From the human T2T-CHM13v2.0 reference genome, Homo sapiens, in assembly GCF_009914755.1 (NCBI RefSeq), contig NC_060928.1: DNA of 64,000 bases. One strand, 5' to 3'. Under the pieces are notes generated by a model. The model searched no databases. It was not told where the DNA came from and worked only from the letters and a program-made list of their open reading frames with translations. The translations under genes were made by a program, and so were the position numbers. Below are positions 62,474 through 64,000 of the stretch, piece after piece; the first letter of the stretch is position 1; each line of letters opens with the position of its first letter.

Positions 62474-63490
62474 ATGGGGAAAAAACAGAACAGAAAAACT
62501 GGAAACTCTAAAATGCAGAGCGCCTCTCCTCCTCCAGAGGAACGCAGTTCCTCACCAGCAACGGAACAAAGCTGGATGGAGAATGATTTTGACGAGCTGA
62601 GAGAAGAAGGCTTCAGACGATCAAATTACTCTGAGCTACGGGAGGACATTCAAACCAAAGGAAAAGAAGTTGAAAACTTTGAAAAAAATTTAGAAGAATG
62701 TATAACTAGAATAACCAATACAGAGAAGTGCTTAAAGGAGCTGATGGAGCTGAAAACCAAGGCTCGAGCACTACGTGCAGAATGCAGAAGCCTCAGGAGC
62801 TGATGAGATCAACTGGAAGAAAGGGTATCAGCAATGGAAGATGAAATGAATGAAATGAAGCAAGAAGGAAAGTTTAGAGAAAAAAGAATAAAAAGAAATG
62901 AGCAAAGCCTACAAGAAATATGGGACTATGTGAAAAGACCAAATCTACGTCTGATTGGTGTACCTGAAACTGATGTGGAGAATGAAACCAAGTTGGAAAA
63001 CACTCTGCAGGATATTATCCAGGAGAACTTCCCCAATCTACCAAGGCAGGCCAACGTTCAGATTCAGGAAATACAGAGAACGCCACAAAGATACTCCTCG
63101 AGAAGAGCAACTCCAAGACACATAATTGTCAGATTCACCAAAGTTGAAATGAAGGAAAAAATGTTAAGGGCAGACAGAGAGAAAGGTCGGGTTACCCTCA
63201 AAGGGAAGCCCATCAGACTAACAGCGGATCTCTCGGCAGAAACCCTACAAGCAAGAAGAGAGTAGGGGCCAATATTCAACATTCTTAAAGGAAAGAATTT
63301 TCAACCCAGAATTTCATATCCAGCCAAACTAAGCTTCATAAGTGAAGGAGAAATAAAATACTTTACAGACAAGCAAATGCTGAGAGATTTTGTCACCACC
63401 AGGCCTGCCCTAAAAGAGCTCCTGAAGGAAGCGCTAAACATGGAAAGGAACAACCGGTACCAGCCGCTGCAAAATCATGCCAAAATGTAA
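62474..63490 (+). pseudogene. L1 ORF1 (338-codon frame) inactivated by two nonsense codons
   Basis: MGKKQNRKTGNSK... to ...NHAKM*; TGA at 62801-62803 (codon 110) and TAG at 63263-63265 (codon 264). Confidence 0.95.
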
Positions 63491-63553
63491 AGACCATCGA
63501 GACTAGGAAGAAACTGCATCAACTAACGAGCAAAATCACCAGCTAACATCATA

Positions 63554-64000
63554 ATGACAGGATCAAATTCACACATAACAATATTAACTTTAAATATAAA
63601 TGGACTAAATTCTCCAATTAAAAGACACAGACTGGCAAGTTGGATAAAGAGTCAAGACCCATCAGTGTGCTGTATTCAGGAAACCCATCTCACGTGCAGA
63701 GACACACATAGGCTCAAAATAAAAGGATGGAGGAAGATCTACCAAGCAAATGGAAAACAAAAAAAGGCAGGGGTTGCAATCCTAGTCTCTGATAAAACAG
63801 ACTTTAAACCAACAAAGATCAAAAGAGACAAAGAAGGCCATTACATAATGGTAAAGGGATCAATTCAACAAGAGGAGCTAACTATCCTAAATATTTATGC
63901 ACCCAATACAGGAGCACCCAGATTCATAAAGCAAGTCCTGAGTGACCTACAAAGAGACTTAGACTCCCACACATTAATAATGGGAGACTTTAACACCCCA
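63554..64000 (+). CDS. L1 ORF2 N-terminus (APE-type endonuclease), open to the window edge (149 codons)
   Basis: MTGSNSHITILTLNINGLNSPIKRHRL...CCIQETHL...NIYAPN...MGDFNTP; N14, E43, Y115 and D145 intact; rest outside the window. Confidence 0.85.
   Translation, partial: MTGSNSHITILTLNINGLNSPIKRHRLASWIKSQDPSVCCIQETHLTCRDTHRLKIKGWRKIYQANGKQKKAGVAILVSDKTDFKPTKIKRDKEGHYIMVKGSIQQEELTILNIYAPNTGAPRFIKQVLSDLQRDLDSHTLIMGDFNTP

Larger units (their letters stand above)
61572..64000 (+). mobile_element. Young L1 with intact 5' end (L1HS/L1PA2-like), continuing beyond the window
   Basis: Starts GGGGAGGAGACAAGATGGCCGAATAGG; ~900-bp CpG-rich 5'UTR, ORF1, 63-nt spacer and ORF2 start. Confidence 0.98.

Overview
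AT-rich, repeat-dense primate (human or great-ape) genomic DNA, either intergenic or deep intronic. I recognise no host protein-coding exon, RNA gene or non-repeat CpG island. Almost all tracked ORFs are chance frames or Alu, L1 and microsatellite read-throughs. The window holds about a dozen Alus (several with readable target-site duplications, TSDs), old L1M, L2 and MIR fragments, LTR elements (MER21, MLT1D, LTR16, MER57-like, MER65-like with internal sequence) and DNA transposon fossils (Tigger1, MER20, MER58A, MER5, MADE1). At the right edge is the 5' 2.4 kb of a young L1HS/L1PA2-like element inserted in a young L1 3' fragment. The most notable signals are: (1) a near-perfect 36-bp stem hairpin at 9161-9261 with pri-miRNA-like geometry; (2) a point change in the L1 5'UTR that stops ORF0 early and turns the antisense splice donor into the consensus CAG|GTGAGT; (3) several template-switch-type palindromes, including an Alu whose middle is replaced by interlocking hairpins; (4) a possible L1-insertion-mediated deletion; and (5) a duplicated 39-bp TCF/SOX module. 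Repeat subfamily names come from recalled consensus sequences, not a database search. I cannot demonstrate a new biological system from sequence alone.
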